A stretch of 64,000 bases of DNA from a virus (taxonomy: Duplodnaviria > Caudoviricetes): positions 512 through 64,511 of IMG/VR virus record IMGVR_UViG_3300028392_000067; one strand, 5' to 3'. The translations under genes and the position numbers were made by a program. Position 1 is the first letter of the stretch. Every line of letters begins with the position of its first letter. Below, piece by piece: positions 7,839 through 16,982 of this stretch. The notes under the pieces were generated by a model, which searched no databases, was not told the origin of the DNA, and worked only from the letters and a program-made list of their open reading frames with translations.

Positions 7839-8845
7839 TATAATATTTTACCATTAAATATACGATAATTATGAAATTCAAAATCTTCGCCATTTTGATC
7901 TAAATCAACTTCTCCAAAGCCATGATTCCATTTGTTTAAAGGCATATATTGAGGATGCAATTCCGAAAGACAGCCTAAAGACCAAGTTGTAACTAATTTA
8001 CCAGTTAATGTTGGTTCAGAATGTTGAGACGTGTTGTGATTATGACCTTGAAAACAACTTACCTTGGCTTTTAAAAATAAGCCTCTAGCGGGGTTAACAG
8101 GGGCAGAAATACCACCTACGTATTCGTGGCCATGAATTCCCCATAAATTATTTAATTTCATAGGTCTTTTATCACCTATAATTTCTATGCCTCTTGCCCT
8201 AGCCTTGATGATATTTTCAAACTCAAATTCTTCTATGCCTACTAATTCGCCAGCTTTCTCATAAAGAAAATGCTCATATCTTTCCTCATGGTTTCCTATC
8301 TTAAAATAAATTTTGCACTTTAACTCTTTTTCAAACACATCAAACAAAGCCTTGAATGTATCTAATTCTAGTTTAAAATTACGTTTCTTTGGATCTTTTA
8401 TAAATCGGCTTAAACGATGGCAATCTATGGTATCTCCATTCAAAAGTAAAGCATCAGGTTTACTTTTCTTGGCATATTGTAAAGCTGCGGTTATACTATC
8501 TATGTTATGATATGGAACATGAATATCAGAAAGAATTAAAACTCTCTTGTGGCCTTTAAATATAAATGGTTCAAAAGCTGTTTCATCTGATTTTGGTAAA
8601 TTATATGGATTGTAAGGTCTAGCTTCTTCTTTAAAGAATTCATTATTTTTTTCTAAAATTTTTTTTCTGTGGATTTCTCCATTTTTACCTTCTATATATC
8701 TCAATGAGCTTCTAGCCGATTCTAAATTTGGGAAATCTAAATTGTTATCATTATACATTATCCTTGCCAATTTTAGTGTAGGCATTTCAGGATATTCTTT
8801 ACGATATTTTCTTGCAATTGTTGAGTTACCGTTGCTTGATGACAT
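7838..8845 (-). CDS. calcineurin-like metallophosphoesterase
   Basis: SDIH, GDTID, GNHE, HGHE, GHNH motifs. Confidence 0.85.
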   Translation of the reverse strand: MSSSNGNSTIARKYRKEYPEMPTLKLARIMYNDNNLDFPNLESARSSLRYIEGKNGEIHRKKILEKNNEFFKEEARPYNPYNLPKSDETAFEPFIFKGHKRVLILSDIHVPYHNIDSITAALQYAKKSKPDALLLNGDTIDCHRLSRFIKDPKKRNFKLELDTFKALFDVFEKELKCKIYFKIGNHEERYEHFLYEKAGELVGIEEFEFENIIKARARGIEIIGDKRPMKLNNLWGIHGHEYVGGISAPVNPARGLFLKAKVSCFQGHNHNTSQHSEPTLTGKLVTTWSLGCLSELHPQYMPLNKWNHGFGEVDLDQNGEDFEFHNYRIFNGKIL

Positions 8846-8859
8846 ATATTATGTTTTGT

Positions 8860-9387
8860 TTATGCAGTATAATTAATAGCATTTACCCTATTCATCCATC
8901 CTTTAATAAATTTAGATTGAGAAGGGTTATTTGCTACGATGGAATTGTATTTATCTATTCTTCTTTGTTTTAATTTGGTATATAAATCTAACCCATCATG
9001 AGAATTAACTGCATCTAACGATTTACTACCAAATATTCCATCTTCTACTAGACCTAATATGTGTTGTATGTATTTAGTAATCGTTCCAACTCCTTGATTT
9101 ATTGCCCCATCTACTATGTATTCTGCTAATGACTGGTTTTTAATTTCATCTGCTTTAAACTTGTCCCAATACAATTTTTTATAAATAATTTTGGCATCAT
9201 CTTTTGTTAATGCTTTTACATCTTCACATGTATATTTGCCATCATTGTTTTTATCTATATGGAATAATTTTAAATCATCTAATATTATGCCAAAATGAGT
9301 ACACCCTCCTGTATCAGTAGGATCATTTTCATAAGTTTTTCCCTCAAATTGTAAAATCTTTGGGAAATATGATTCAAAATTTGCCAT
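8860..9387 (-). CDS. endolysin, glycosyl hydrolase family 108 with peptidoglycan-binding domain
   Basis: EG...NDPTDTGGCTHFGI, DGIFG.KS, KFIKGWMNR; likely start 9387. Confidence 0.85.
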   Translation of the reverse strand: MANFESYFPKILQFEGKTYENDPTDTGGCTHFGIILDDLKLFHIDKNNDGKYTCEDVKALTKDDAKIIYKKLYWDKFKADEIKNQSLAEYIVDGAINQGVGTITKYIQHILGLVEDGIFGSKSLDAVNSHDGLDLYTKLKQRRIDKYNSIVANNPSQSKFIKGWMNRVNAINYTA

Positions 9388-9397
9388 TACAAATAAA

Positions 9398-9601
9398 TTA
9401 TTTTTGTTCAGGTTCGTCAGCAAATAAATTAGATATGAATTTACCTACAAAAGCACATGCTAAAACTATATAAGCCACCACCTTATAATCAGACATGAAT
9501 GTATAAGCTGATACGGCCAATGATGCTGCACTTAAACTATCTGCAAATTTTCTAACTTGCTTAGGAGTAGGACTCCAGTAATGTTTTAATCCGAATTTCA
9601 T
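9398..9601 (-). CDS. putative holin
   Basis: 67 aa, two TM helices, adjacent to endolysin. Confidence 0.6.
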   Translation of the reverse strand: MKFGLKHYWSPTPKQVRKFADSLSAASLAVSAYTFMSDYKVVAYIVLACAFVGKFISNLFADEPEQK

Positions 9602-9603
9602 TT

Positions 9604-10173
9604 TTAAAATATTTTTTTATACAAACCAAAACTTATTTGATTTGTGGTATAATTAATAATATAAGATTCATTTTGTTTTTTATAATTCAAACCCACTCCA
9701 AAACCTAATTTATTGTCAACACGATTTACATCACCAATCAAACCAATAAACAATTCATTCTTTGGTTTGTGATAAATATCATTGGTAACAACGATGGTTT
9801 TTTGGGTTAAATTAGCCTTATAATTTCTGCCAATAATTTTGTTTTGAGTAATTGTGTCTTGAATATATACGCTATTATCCGTATTTATACGTAAAGTATC
9901 TGAATATACTTTTACCTTGTTGTAATCATTTACTATGTAAGTAGTATCATGAATATGTACCTCATCAATTTGGTATATTGTATCTAAAACAGCAAAAGGG
10001 ATTCTATCCCCCTTTTTATATTCTTTTATTGTATCAACTTTGTAAAGTGTATCTATCTTGGTAACTATGGTGGTGGAAGTGCCTGTCCCAATATATTTAG
10101 GATCACTAAAAATAAAAAAACCAATAACTATTAATAATAAAACTATTAATAAATTTTTAATGCTTGGCATCAT
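9604..10173 (-). CDS. lysis-cassette membrane protein (spanin-like candidate)
   Basis: N-terminal TM anchor, DT-rich middle, C-terminal amphipathic beta strands ending in F. Confidence 0.5.
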   Translation of the reverse strand: MMPSIKNLLIVLLLIVIGFFIFSDPKYIGTGTSTTIVTKIDTLYKVDTIKEYKKGDRIPFAVLDTIYQIDEVHIHDTTYIVNDYNKVKVYSDTLRINTDNSVYIQDTITQNKIIGRNYKANLTQKTIVVTNDIYHKPKNELFIGLIGDVNRVDNKLGFGVGLNYKKQNESYIINYTTNQISFGLYKKIF

Positions 10174-10339
10174 TCATATGTTTAGTTTTCCAATAATAAT
10201 ATCTTATTGCAAAAATACCTGAAACTATTGCTACCAACCCAGCAAACAAACTCACAAAAGGCTGTATGCTACTTACTGTAACTACGGCACTTAAAATACT
10301 AACTGTTGCAGATATACCAGCATGAGTCGGATGTGTCAT
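10157..10339 (-). CDS. small 2-TM protein (holin/antiholin-like)
   Basis: hydrophobic, basic C-terminus, first gene after promoter at 10353. Confidence 0.55.
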   Translation of the reverse strand: MTHPTHAGISATVSILSAVVTVSSIQPFVSLFAGLVAIVSGIFAIRYYYWKTKHMNDAKH

Positions 10340-10352
10340 GTCAATTTTTTCC

Positions 10353-10360
10353 CAAATATA
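10353..10360 (-). promoter_or_regulatory. TATATTTG promoter for lysis operon; same element before other leftward operons at 22882, 39386 and 46553 (variants at 16614, 49727, 53774, 62535)
   Basis: Bacteroidota -7 consensus 13-22 nt upstream of start codons. Confidence 0.65.
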
Positions 10361-10399
10361 AGATTAATTTATTTATATTATGTTAAATTAAACATTTTT

Positions 10400-10618
10400 T
10401 TACTCTGCCCATTTATGAGCAGGGCAAGCATCAGCACCTCTAGGGGTAAAAACTTTACCTTTTGTAAGGCAACCACATAAACCACATCTTGCTGGATTCT
10501 GTACCCAATGCTCACATTCAACACATGTTTGCAGTCTTTTTTCAGCCAACTCTTTTTGCTCCTCTGTTGGATTTAAAGCTGTCATGTAAGATATTAAAAT
10601 TTCTTTTACTTTGTTCAT
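10400..10618 (-). CDS. small Cys-rich (metal-binding) protein
   Basis: CVEC...CGLCGC...CPAHKW. Confidence 0.6.
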   Translation of the reverse strand: MNKVKEILISYMTALNPTEEQKELAEKRLQTCVECEHWVQNPARCGLCGCLTKGKVFTPRGADACPAHKWAE

Positions 10619-11478
10619 ATAAATAAATTTTTATAATCATTAATATTGCCCCAGTAAGGATGGATTTCTGTTAAATTATTTTTATCATAAATAGAATTAT
10701 GACTAGTAAAATGAATTCCATGATTAATATGAACTGGTTCATTTTGGCACTCCCATTGAATTCTTTTTAGCTTCTGTGTTTCAATCATTCCGCTATTAGT
10801 AACTAAAGCATTTGGCAATATTGACAAGCAATGCTCAATTGCATCATCAAATCTCATAGTCATTTGATGAAATGGTTCATCATTTTGTTTTCTTTTTTGC
10901 CATCCATCCTTACAAACGCCACCATAATTCATATTAGTCAAAACTTGACCTGATTCAAAATTGGGGTAATCAAAGTAACCTTTAGGGTACATCACATCAT
11001 GTTCCAAAAATGAAACATAATCATAATCACCCATAGTTTTAGCATTATAAAGACATTGCATTATTTGTAACAATTGATTTAAATGAGATTGGCTTTGATA
11101 CCAACTATTTATTTGATAAAATGGTACATTTGGCATATTTTCCCATGTGCATATTACTATATCTGCTACCCCTATGCTTGCATCTTTAATAGTATCAAGA
11201 GATTTGTATATAGCTGGCCAAATTGCATGATTATTATTATTTGAATAAAAAATGCCCAATTTTCGGTTTTTAGATTCTGGATATACAAATGTATCACCTT
11301 CTTTTACTTTGGCTTTAAAACCATCCTCAAATTCAATTTCAAGGTACTTTGTCTGACCTACTAATGGATCACCAATAATATCATTAGAAGCTCTAACAAC
11401 TAATTTATCACTTACTACCATTTTTTGTATCTTATTAGTACAATTTGCCCCACCATAAGTGGCTTTTGATATTATCAT
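10615..11478 (-). CDS. SUEL-like lectin domain fused to GT-A-like glycosyltransferase
   Basis: N-terminal ATYG...ASNDIIGDPLVGQTKYL; FLEHDVMY metal-binding motif. Confidence 0.55.
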   Translation of the reverse strand: MIISKATYGGANCTNKIQKMVVSDKLVVRASNDIIGDPLVGQTKYLEIEFEDGFKAKVKEGDTFVYPESKNRKLGIFYSNNNNHAIWPAIYKSLDTIKDASIGVADIVICTWENMPNVPFYQINSWYQSQSHLNQLLQIMQCLYNAKTMGDYDYVSFLEHDVMYPKGYFDYPNFESGQVLTNMNYGGVCKDGWQKRKQNDEPFHQMTMRFDDAIEHCLSILPNALVTNSGMIETQKLKRIQWECQNEPVHINHGIHFTSHNSIYDKNNLTEIHPYWGNINDYKNLFI

Positions 11479-12407
11479 AACAATACTGATTTTTTTTCTA
11501 CTCGCTGAATATATTCATAATACTTTTTGGATGCTGTTCCATCTTTTATTTTCAAATTTTGATTGTAAGGCAATCTATTCATAAATTCTGCTTTATAGAA
11601 TAATCCATCAGAAGATGTAGTTACACCTGCATTATGCAATATGTTTAATCTATCATAATCGTTTTCAGAACTAGTCCCCCATGCAAACTCTAAATCTGGA
11701 TGACAAACTGTTTCTTTGCCTAATTTCCAACCATTCCAAAGAACGGCCCACATATCTGCGCACCATATTTGTAATTCGTGGTATTGGTTATCTCTAGCTT
11801 TTTTTGTGTTGCTTAGTTCAGTAATATCTTTGTATAACTTTTCGCAATCCCTTTCTACATTATACCAAAATTCTGCATTAATACCTTTCATTAAATACTG
11901 GGCTCCGATTGAATTAAGTTCATTATCTTTTATAATTGACTCGTCTATGCCTACTATTTCACACATCTTATCCATTATGTCTTGGCCTTTGCTTAAAATA
12001 TAGCTATGGGCAATATACCATCTTGTATCTGATCCATACCATTTATCATCTGTCAAGAATTGTTTCCAATCAATTGGTTTAGTGAATATTATGTCGCAAT
12101 CATGGTAAAATATTGCTTCATTTTCTAATTCTGGATTCGCCTCAAAATGTTGTTTTAATATGTTTGGGCGAATGGATGATATGTAATGTTTAATGGCCCT
12201 TGTATCATCATAAAAAAAGAATCTTGCAGGATATTTTTGAGTTAATTTTACCCACTCTACAGGTATTACATTATTTATTTTCCAACATACTATATCAATA
12301 TTATTGGGATTTATACCCATATCCATAAAGTTGTTGACTAACACTTCTACTTGCCAAGCATAAAATAAAGATGTTGGCTGTGCACAGATAAATCTGAGAT
12401 TTTTCAT
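11475..12407 (-). CDS. GT-A glycosyltransferase resembling peptidyl-Ser/Hyp O-glycosyltransferases (GT95/GT96-like)
   Basis: YAWQ, SIRP, FYHDCDIIFTKP (DxD) and WCADMW motifs in the same order as recalled for HPAT/SERGT1. Confidence 0.6.
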   Translation of the reverse strand: MKNLRFICAQPTSLFYAWQVEVLVNNFMDMGINPNNIDIVCWKINNVIPVEWVKLTQKYPARFFFYDDTRAIKHYISSIRPNILKQHFEANPELENEAIFYHDCDIIFTKPIDWKQFLTDDKWYGSDTRWYIAHSYILSKGQDIMDKMCEIVGIDESIIKDNELNSIGAQYLMKGINAEFWYNVERDCEKLYKDITELSNTKKARDNQYHELQIWCADMWAVLWNGWKLGKETVCHPDLEFAWGTSSENDYDRLNILHNAGVTTSSDGLFYKAEFMNRLPYNQNLKIKDGTASKKYYEYIQRVEKKSVLL

Positions 12408-12410
12408 AAA

Positions 12411-12788
12411 TTAATGGTGTTTATACGATTTTTCTTCTATTAGTTCTGAACCATACTTTTGGTTAATTTGCTTTTTAACTATGGCTCTGACATCATTTAA
12501 TTGGTAAACTTCTCTAGCCAATTCAACAAACTTTTCGCCAAAATAACTTTTATGCTCACAATCTCTTATGTCATCCTCTACTTTCCATAATTTTTTGTTA
12601 ATATCATAAAGTTCTTGAGTGAATGGATCTGTTAATGTTTCAGGGTGTTTTCTGTTTAAAGCATTTTTAATTATTTTCCATTCTTTTTCAATGTTTACAA
12701 GCTTTTCAGCATCATGTATAAAAAGCTTTTTTATGGTTAGGATAGTATATTTATCTACCACTTCACCTATACTTACTTCTATTTTCAT
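12411..12788 (-). CDS. DUF6165-like helical protein
   Basis: SIGEVVDK.TIL.IK ... LWKVEDDIR ... ND.R..K..IN...S..IEEKSY. Confidence 0.7.
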   Translation of the reverse strand: MKIEVSIGEVVDKYTILTIKKLFIHDAEKLVNIEKEWKIIKNALNRKHPETLTDPFTQELYDINKKLWKVEDDIRDCEHKSYFGEKFVELAREVYQLNDVRAIVKKQINQKYGSELIEEKSYKHH

Positions 12789-12792
12789 ATGG

Positions 12793-12851
12793 TAAAGGTA
12801 ATAATTTTATTAATATTTATTTAATTTAATTAAATTAATTATATAGCTTTG
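12793..12851. promoter_or_regulatory. divergent promoter pair with central 18-bp palindrome
   Basis: TAGCTTTG (+, 12844), TACCTTTA (-, 12793), palindrome 12821-12838. Confidence 0.55.
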
Positions 12852-12873
12852 TGGAAACCAAAACAAATAACCT

Positions 12874-13068
12874 ATGAACTCACTTGAATTTGCCTATTGG
12901 CTACAAGGTTTTTTTGAAATATCAAAAATATCTAATTTACAATCACTAGATGAAACACAGGTACAAATCATTAAAGAACACTTAGATTTAGTTTTTGAAA
13001 AGAAAACATACACTTCTATGGGATATAGTGGTACTTGTGGCATATTTGTAAATCCAAACAATAAATAA
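12874..13068 (+). CDS. small conserved phage protein
   Basis: FAYWLQGFFE...QVQIIKEHLDLVF motif. Confidence 0.6.
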   Translation: MNSLEFAYWLQGFFEISKISNLQSLDETQVQIIKEHLDLVFEKKTYTSMGYSGTCGIFVNPNNK

Positions 13069-14438
13069 TGCCGACAAGTTATCCGTTATATAAAGATTCA
13101 ATTAGAAATTGGGTTTTACAAAATATACCATTAGATGCTAAAATACTAGATATTGGTGCTGGATGTGGCACTTATTCAGATTTATTGCGTGGTTATGGTT
13201 ATAAAATAGATGCAGTAGAAATATGGAAACCATATATAGATAAATATGAATTAAAGAAAAAATATGACGTAGTTTATCATAAAAACATACTTGCGATAGA
13301 TTTTGTTATACTTGACAAGTATGATTTTTTTATTTTAGGAGATGTATTAGAGCATTTGACAGCAGAGGAAGGGAAATCATTAATATTATTTCTAAAACAA
13401 AATAACAAAAAATACATTGTTGCAGTACCATACCAAATGGAACAAGGTGAGCATGAGGGGAATACACATGAAACCCATTTACAGCCAGACTTAACGCCAG
13501 ATATAATGAAGCAAAGATACCCTGAACTTGAGCTTTTATATGGTAATGAGTTTTATGGTTATTATACAAATAAAAAAGTAAAACATGAAAAAGCCTATGT
13601 ACTTTATGCTGATGAGTCTTATTTGGATCTTGTGGTTAGTTGTTGTAATTCCATTAGAAATTATAGTGATATTCCTATTTGGATTTATTTACTTAATTCT
13701 AAAATTAAAATAAGTGTAAGAAATACGCAAACTATAAATTGGGAATGTGATGTAAGACATTTAAAAAATAGGAATGAATATATTAACCGACAGGATAAAC
13801 AAATCTATAAGTTACTTATTGAAAGGCCTAAAATAGTAGCTCATGCACTAGAAAATTATGCAGAAACGGTTGCATATATTGATACAGATAGTATAGCAAC
13901 AAAATATGTTGATAGCATTTTTGATTATTTTAATCCCGATTCTGACCATCCTTATTTTGTAGAAGGTATTTATGACTATTTGCATTTAAATGGCAGAGGT
14001 GGAGCTGAAACAAGGGAAGATATGTCAACTACATTAGAAGCACCAATATGTGATTTATTTGGTATTAACCAATATGTTAGGCAAAGGTACAGGCAAACAG
14101 GTTATTTTGTAGCAGGACAAAAATGTATTGATTGGTTACAGGAATGGGCATGGATGTGTCAAAATCCAAAAGTAATTAATAACCATTCTTGGTATGCTCC
14201 ATTCCATGAAGAAACAATAGCAAACGCATTATTATGGAAATATAACCAACAAAATGGATTGCCATACTGTTATATTAATGGGTTGCATGATAAACTAGAA
14301 TATAAAAAACATGAATATTTTATTAAAGATTGGCAAAGGGTGCCATTAGAAAAAAACCATTTATTTTATCATGGAGAAAAAAATATAAATAAACTAAATC
14401 AATTTAATGAAAATATTATTTTTAGCCCCACATCTTAG
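13068..14438 (+). CDS. class I SAM methyltransferase fused to GT-A-like glycosyltransferase
   Basis: ILDIGAGCG and GDVLEH; C-terminal YIDTD (DxD) and HEETIAN. Confidence 0.75.
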   Translation: MPTSYPLYKDSIRNWVLQNIPLDAKILDIGAGCGTYSDLLRGYGYKIDAVEIWKPYIDKYELKKKYDVVYHKNILAIDFVILDKYDFFILGDVLEHLTAEEGKSLILFLKQNNKKYIVAVPYQMEQGEHEGNTHETHLQPDLTPDIMKQRYPELELLYGNEFYGYYTNKKVKHEKAYVLYADESYLDLVVSCCNSIRNYSDIPIWIYLLNSKIKISVRNTQTINWECDVRHLKNRNEYINRQDKQIYKLLIERPKIVAHALENYAETVAYIDTDSIATKYVDSIFDYFNPDSDHPYFVEGIYDYLHLNGRGGAETREDMSTTLEAPICDLFGINQYVRQRYRQTGYFVAGQKCIDWLQEWAWMCQNPKVINNHSWYAPFHEETIANALLWKYNQQNGLPYCYINGLHDKLEYKKHEYFIKDWQRVPLEKNHLFYHGEKNINKLNQFNENIIFSPTS

Positions 14439-16422
14439 TACAGGTGGTTGCCCTCAATTTATACTTAAAAGAATTCAAGCCCTAGGTGAATATACCGATA
14501 ATGAATATTATGTAGTTGAATATCAATGTCATAGTTTAGATTTTGTAGTTCAGCGCAATGCCATAAAAAGTTTACTAGTAGAAAACTTTACTACTTTGTA
14601 TGAAGATAAAATGGAATTATTTAAGATAATTGAAACGTGGAAACCAGATATTATTCATATAGATGAACCATCAGAAAGATTAGATAGGGAAATGGTAACT
14701 AAGCTATATTCTAATAATAGAAAATATAGAATAGTTGAGACCTGTCATGATGTGTCATTTAATCCTGATAATGATAAATTATTCCACCCTGATTTATACA
14801 TGTTTTGTAGTCCATATCATGAACAAACATTTGCTAATATGGAATCTAAATTTGTAACAATACAATATCCTATAGATAAACAAGAATTTAATGCAGAAAA
14901 AACTGGCAACCATGTTGTTAATGTAGGATTGTGGACTCCAGGAAAAAATCAAGCCGAGGGGATAGAAATTGCTCGCAAGTACCCTAATTTTATATTTCAT
15001 TTTATTGGTAACCAAGCTGGGAACTTTAAAGAATATTGGGAACCTTTGATGAAAGATTTACCTAAAAATGTAAAAGTATGGGGAGAGAGAAAAGATGTAG
15101 ATACTTTTATGAAAGGAGCTGATATATTTATGTTTAATTCTACGTGGGAGTGCAATCCTTTAGTTTTGCGCGAAGCCATAAGCTATGGTTTGCCTATTAT
15201 AGCTCGTAATTTGCCTCAATATGGTGATATGTTTACTAAATATTTACAGCCAATAGATACTGATCTAAATACTATAGAAGCTAATTATGAAATACCTACA
15301 GATAATACCACACCAATATTTTCTTTTAAACATGAAACAGCTTATAAAAAGTTATTAGAATTGCCAATTCATAAACAATCTGTAAAAATTACACAGCATT
15401 TTGTGGATGGCCCATTCTTAGAAATCAAAGGTGTTTCTGATAGTAATTTTAAAGTTCAATTTTTAGATGAAAAAGGTAGTATTGCTTATGAAAATACAAT
15501 AAAATCAAACCATTGGGTAAGATTAGATAGAAAATGGTTTACAAAATGGACTACAAAGGTTTGGCAGGATGGTTATTTAATTTATAAAAACACCCTAAAT
15601 TTGACAAATAAAAGGGTTTTAATAGTTTTGGATAGTAAATCCCTGGGAGATACAATTGCATGGTCAGGATATGCCTTAGAATTCCAAAAAAAGCATAATT
15701 GCAATGTAGTATTGTCCACTTTTTGGAATAAAATACTGGACTATCCTGAATTAGAATTAATAGAGCCAGGCACATCTATTGATTGTTATGCTTTATATCG
15801 TATTGGATGGTTTTGGGATGATAATAAAGAGCCTGTAAAATGCAATATAATACCATTACAACAAGCTGCTAGTAATATACTTGGTTTAGAATTTAAAGAA
15901 GTTAAACCTAGGCTTAAAACCAATAATGAAATACTTGGCAATAAAGTTCCTGATTATATTGCAATTGCTACAAATTCAACAATGGAATGTAAGTTTTGGA
16001 CTAGAGAAGGATGGCAACAAGTTATAAATTATCTATATGATTTAGGATATAAAAATATAGTTAATGTGTCTAAAGAAGATAACCCCTTTGACAATTGTTA
16101 TAAAATAAGTGATACGTCTATAGAAAACACAATGAAAGTAATTAAAGGAGCTAAATTGTTTATTGGTTTATCTAGTGGCTTATCTTGGTTATCATGGGCT
16201 TTGAATCAGAAGGTAGTTATGATTTCTAACTTTACTGAATCTGACCATGAATTTGATTGTTATAGAGTTACCAAGCCTGATGTATGTAATAGCTGTTGGA
16301 ATGATCCTAATATTAAGTTAGATCCATATTGGAACTGGTGTCCTAGGAATAAAAACTTTGAATGTCAAAAATCAATAACAGCAGATATGGTAATAGAACA
16401 GATAAAAAAAGCTAGTATTTAA
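14407..16422 (+). CDS. GT4-like domain fused to Aah/TibC-like (autotransporter O-heptosyltransferase family) glycosyltransferase
   Basis: HLSTGG and ECNPLVLREA (GT-B EX7E); SKSLGDTIAW, GLSSGLSWLSWAL, four-Cys CNSCW..WCP..FEC iron-finger-like motif. Confidence 0.8.
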   Translation: MKILFLAPHLSTGGCPQFILKRIQALGEYTDNEYYVVEYQCHSLDFVVQRNAIKSLLVENFTTLYEDKMELFKIIETWKPDIIHIDEPSERLDREMVTKLYSNNRKYRIVETCHDVSFNPDNDKLFHPDLYMFCSPYHEQTFANMESKFVTIQYPIDKQEFNAEKTGNHVVNVGLWTPGKNQAEGIEIARKYPNFIFHFIGNQAGNFKEYWEPLMKDLPKNVKVWGERKDVDTFMKGADIFMFNSTWECNPLVLREAISYGLPIIARNLPQYGDMFTKYLQPIDTDLNTIEANYEIPTDNTTPIFSFKHETAYKKLLELPIHKQSVKITQHFVDGPFLEIKGVSDSNFKVQFLDEKGSIAYENTIKSNHWVRLDRKWFTKWTTKVWQDGYLIYKNTLNLTNKRVLIVLDSKSLGDTIAWSGYALEFQKKHNCNVVLSTFWNKILDYPELELIEPGTSIDCYALYRIGWFWDDNKEPVKCNIIPLQQAASNILGLEFKEVKPRLKTNNEILGNKVPDYIAIATNSTMECKFWTREGWQQVINYLYDLGYKNIVNVSKEDNPFDNCYKISDTSIENTMKVIKGAKLFIGLSSGLSWLSWALNQKVVMISNFTESDHEFDCYRVTKPDVCNSCWNDPNIKLDPYWNWCPRNKNFECQKSITADMVIEQIKKASI

Positions 16423-16598
16423 CTAGCTTCTTCTTCTGTTTGTTTAGCTTTTTCAATTTCTAAAGCTGCATTTTCAATAAATAATAAAATATCCTTACCA
16501 TACTTCATTGGTATTTGTTCATTAGCATAATTCATTAATGCTTGAACTTGTTCAGGATTTAATGATGGTACTGGTAATTGCTTTGGTTCTTGATTCAT
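16419..16598 (-). CDS. small protein downstream of tail fibre (59 aa, not in track)
   Basis: ATG 16598 to TAA 16419; own TAAATTTG promoter at 16614. Confidence 0.5.
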   Translation of the reverse strand: MNQEPKQLPVPSLNPEQVQALMNYANEQIPMKYGKDILLFIENAALEIEKAKQTEEEAS

Positions 16599-16648
16599 AA
16601 AATTTTATTTTTACAAATTTAGTATAATTAATTTAATTAAAAAAAATA

Positions 16649-16972
16649 TTATACTTCTTGTGTAATAGGCCCATCTACAAAAACAATGTTTAATTTACTT
16701 GCTGCCCAATTGTAAGCCCAAGCATTTGAGTTAGGGTCGCTTCCCCAAGAATCATAATCTGCTCCTGAAATATCTAGGTTTGCAGTGATAATGTTTTGGA
16801 AGGTTTCTCCCCCTTGCTCGTCTGTTACTACTGATTGTAACTCGTAGTAAAAAGTAGCTATACCTTCTAATGGTACTAATGAAAGATTATCTCCAATAGA
16901 CCTTAATGTAAAGTTGGTAGCTTGTTTTGTTTCTCCGTTAATCCACAATGTAAGTGGTTGAATTTTTGCCAT
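16649..16972 (-). CDS. tail-fibre-associated protein
   Basis: 107 aa directly after the fibre gene. Confidence 0.5.
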   Translation of the reverse strand: MAKIQPLTLWINGETKQATNFTLRSIGDNLSLVPLEGIATFYYELQSVVTDEQGGETFQNIITANLDISGADYDSWGSDPNSNAWAYNWAASKLNIVFVDGPITQEV

Positions 16973-16982
16973 TTTATTTATT

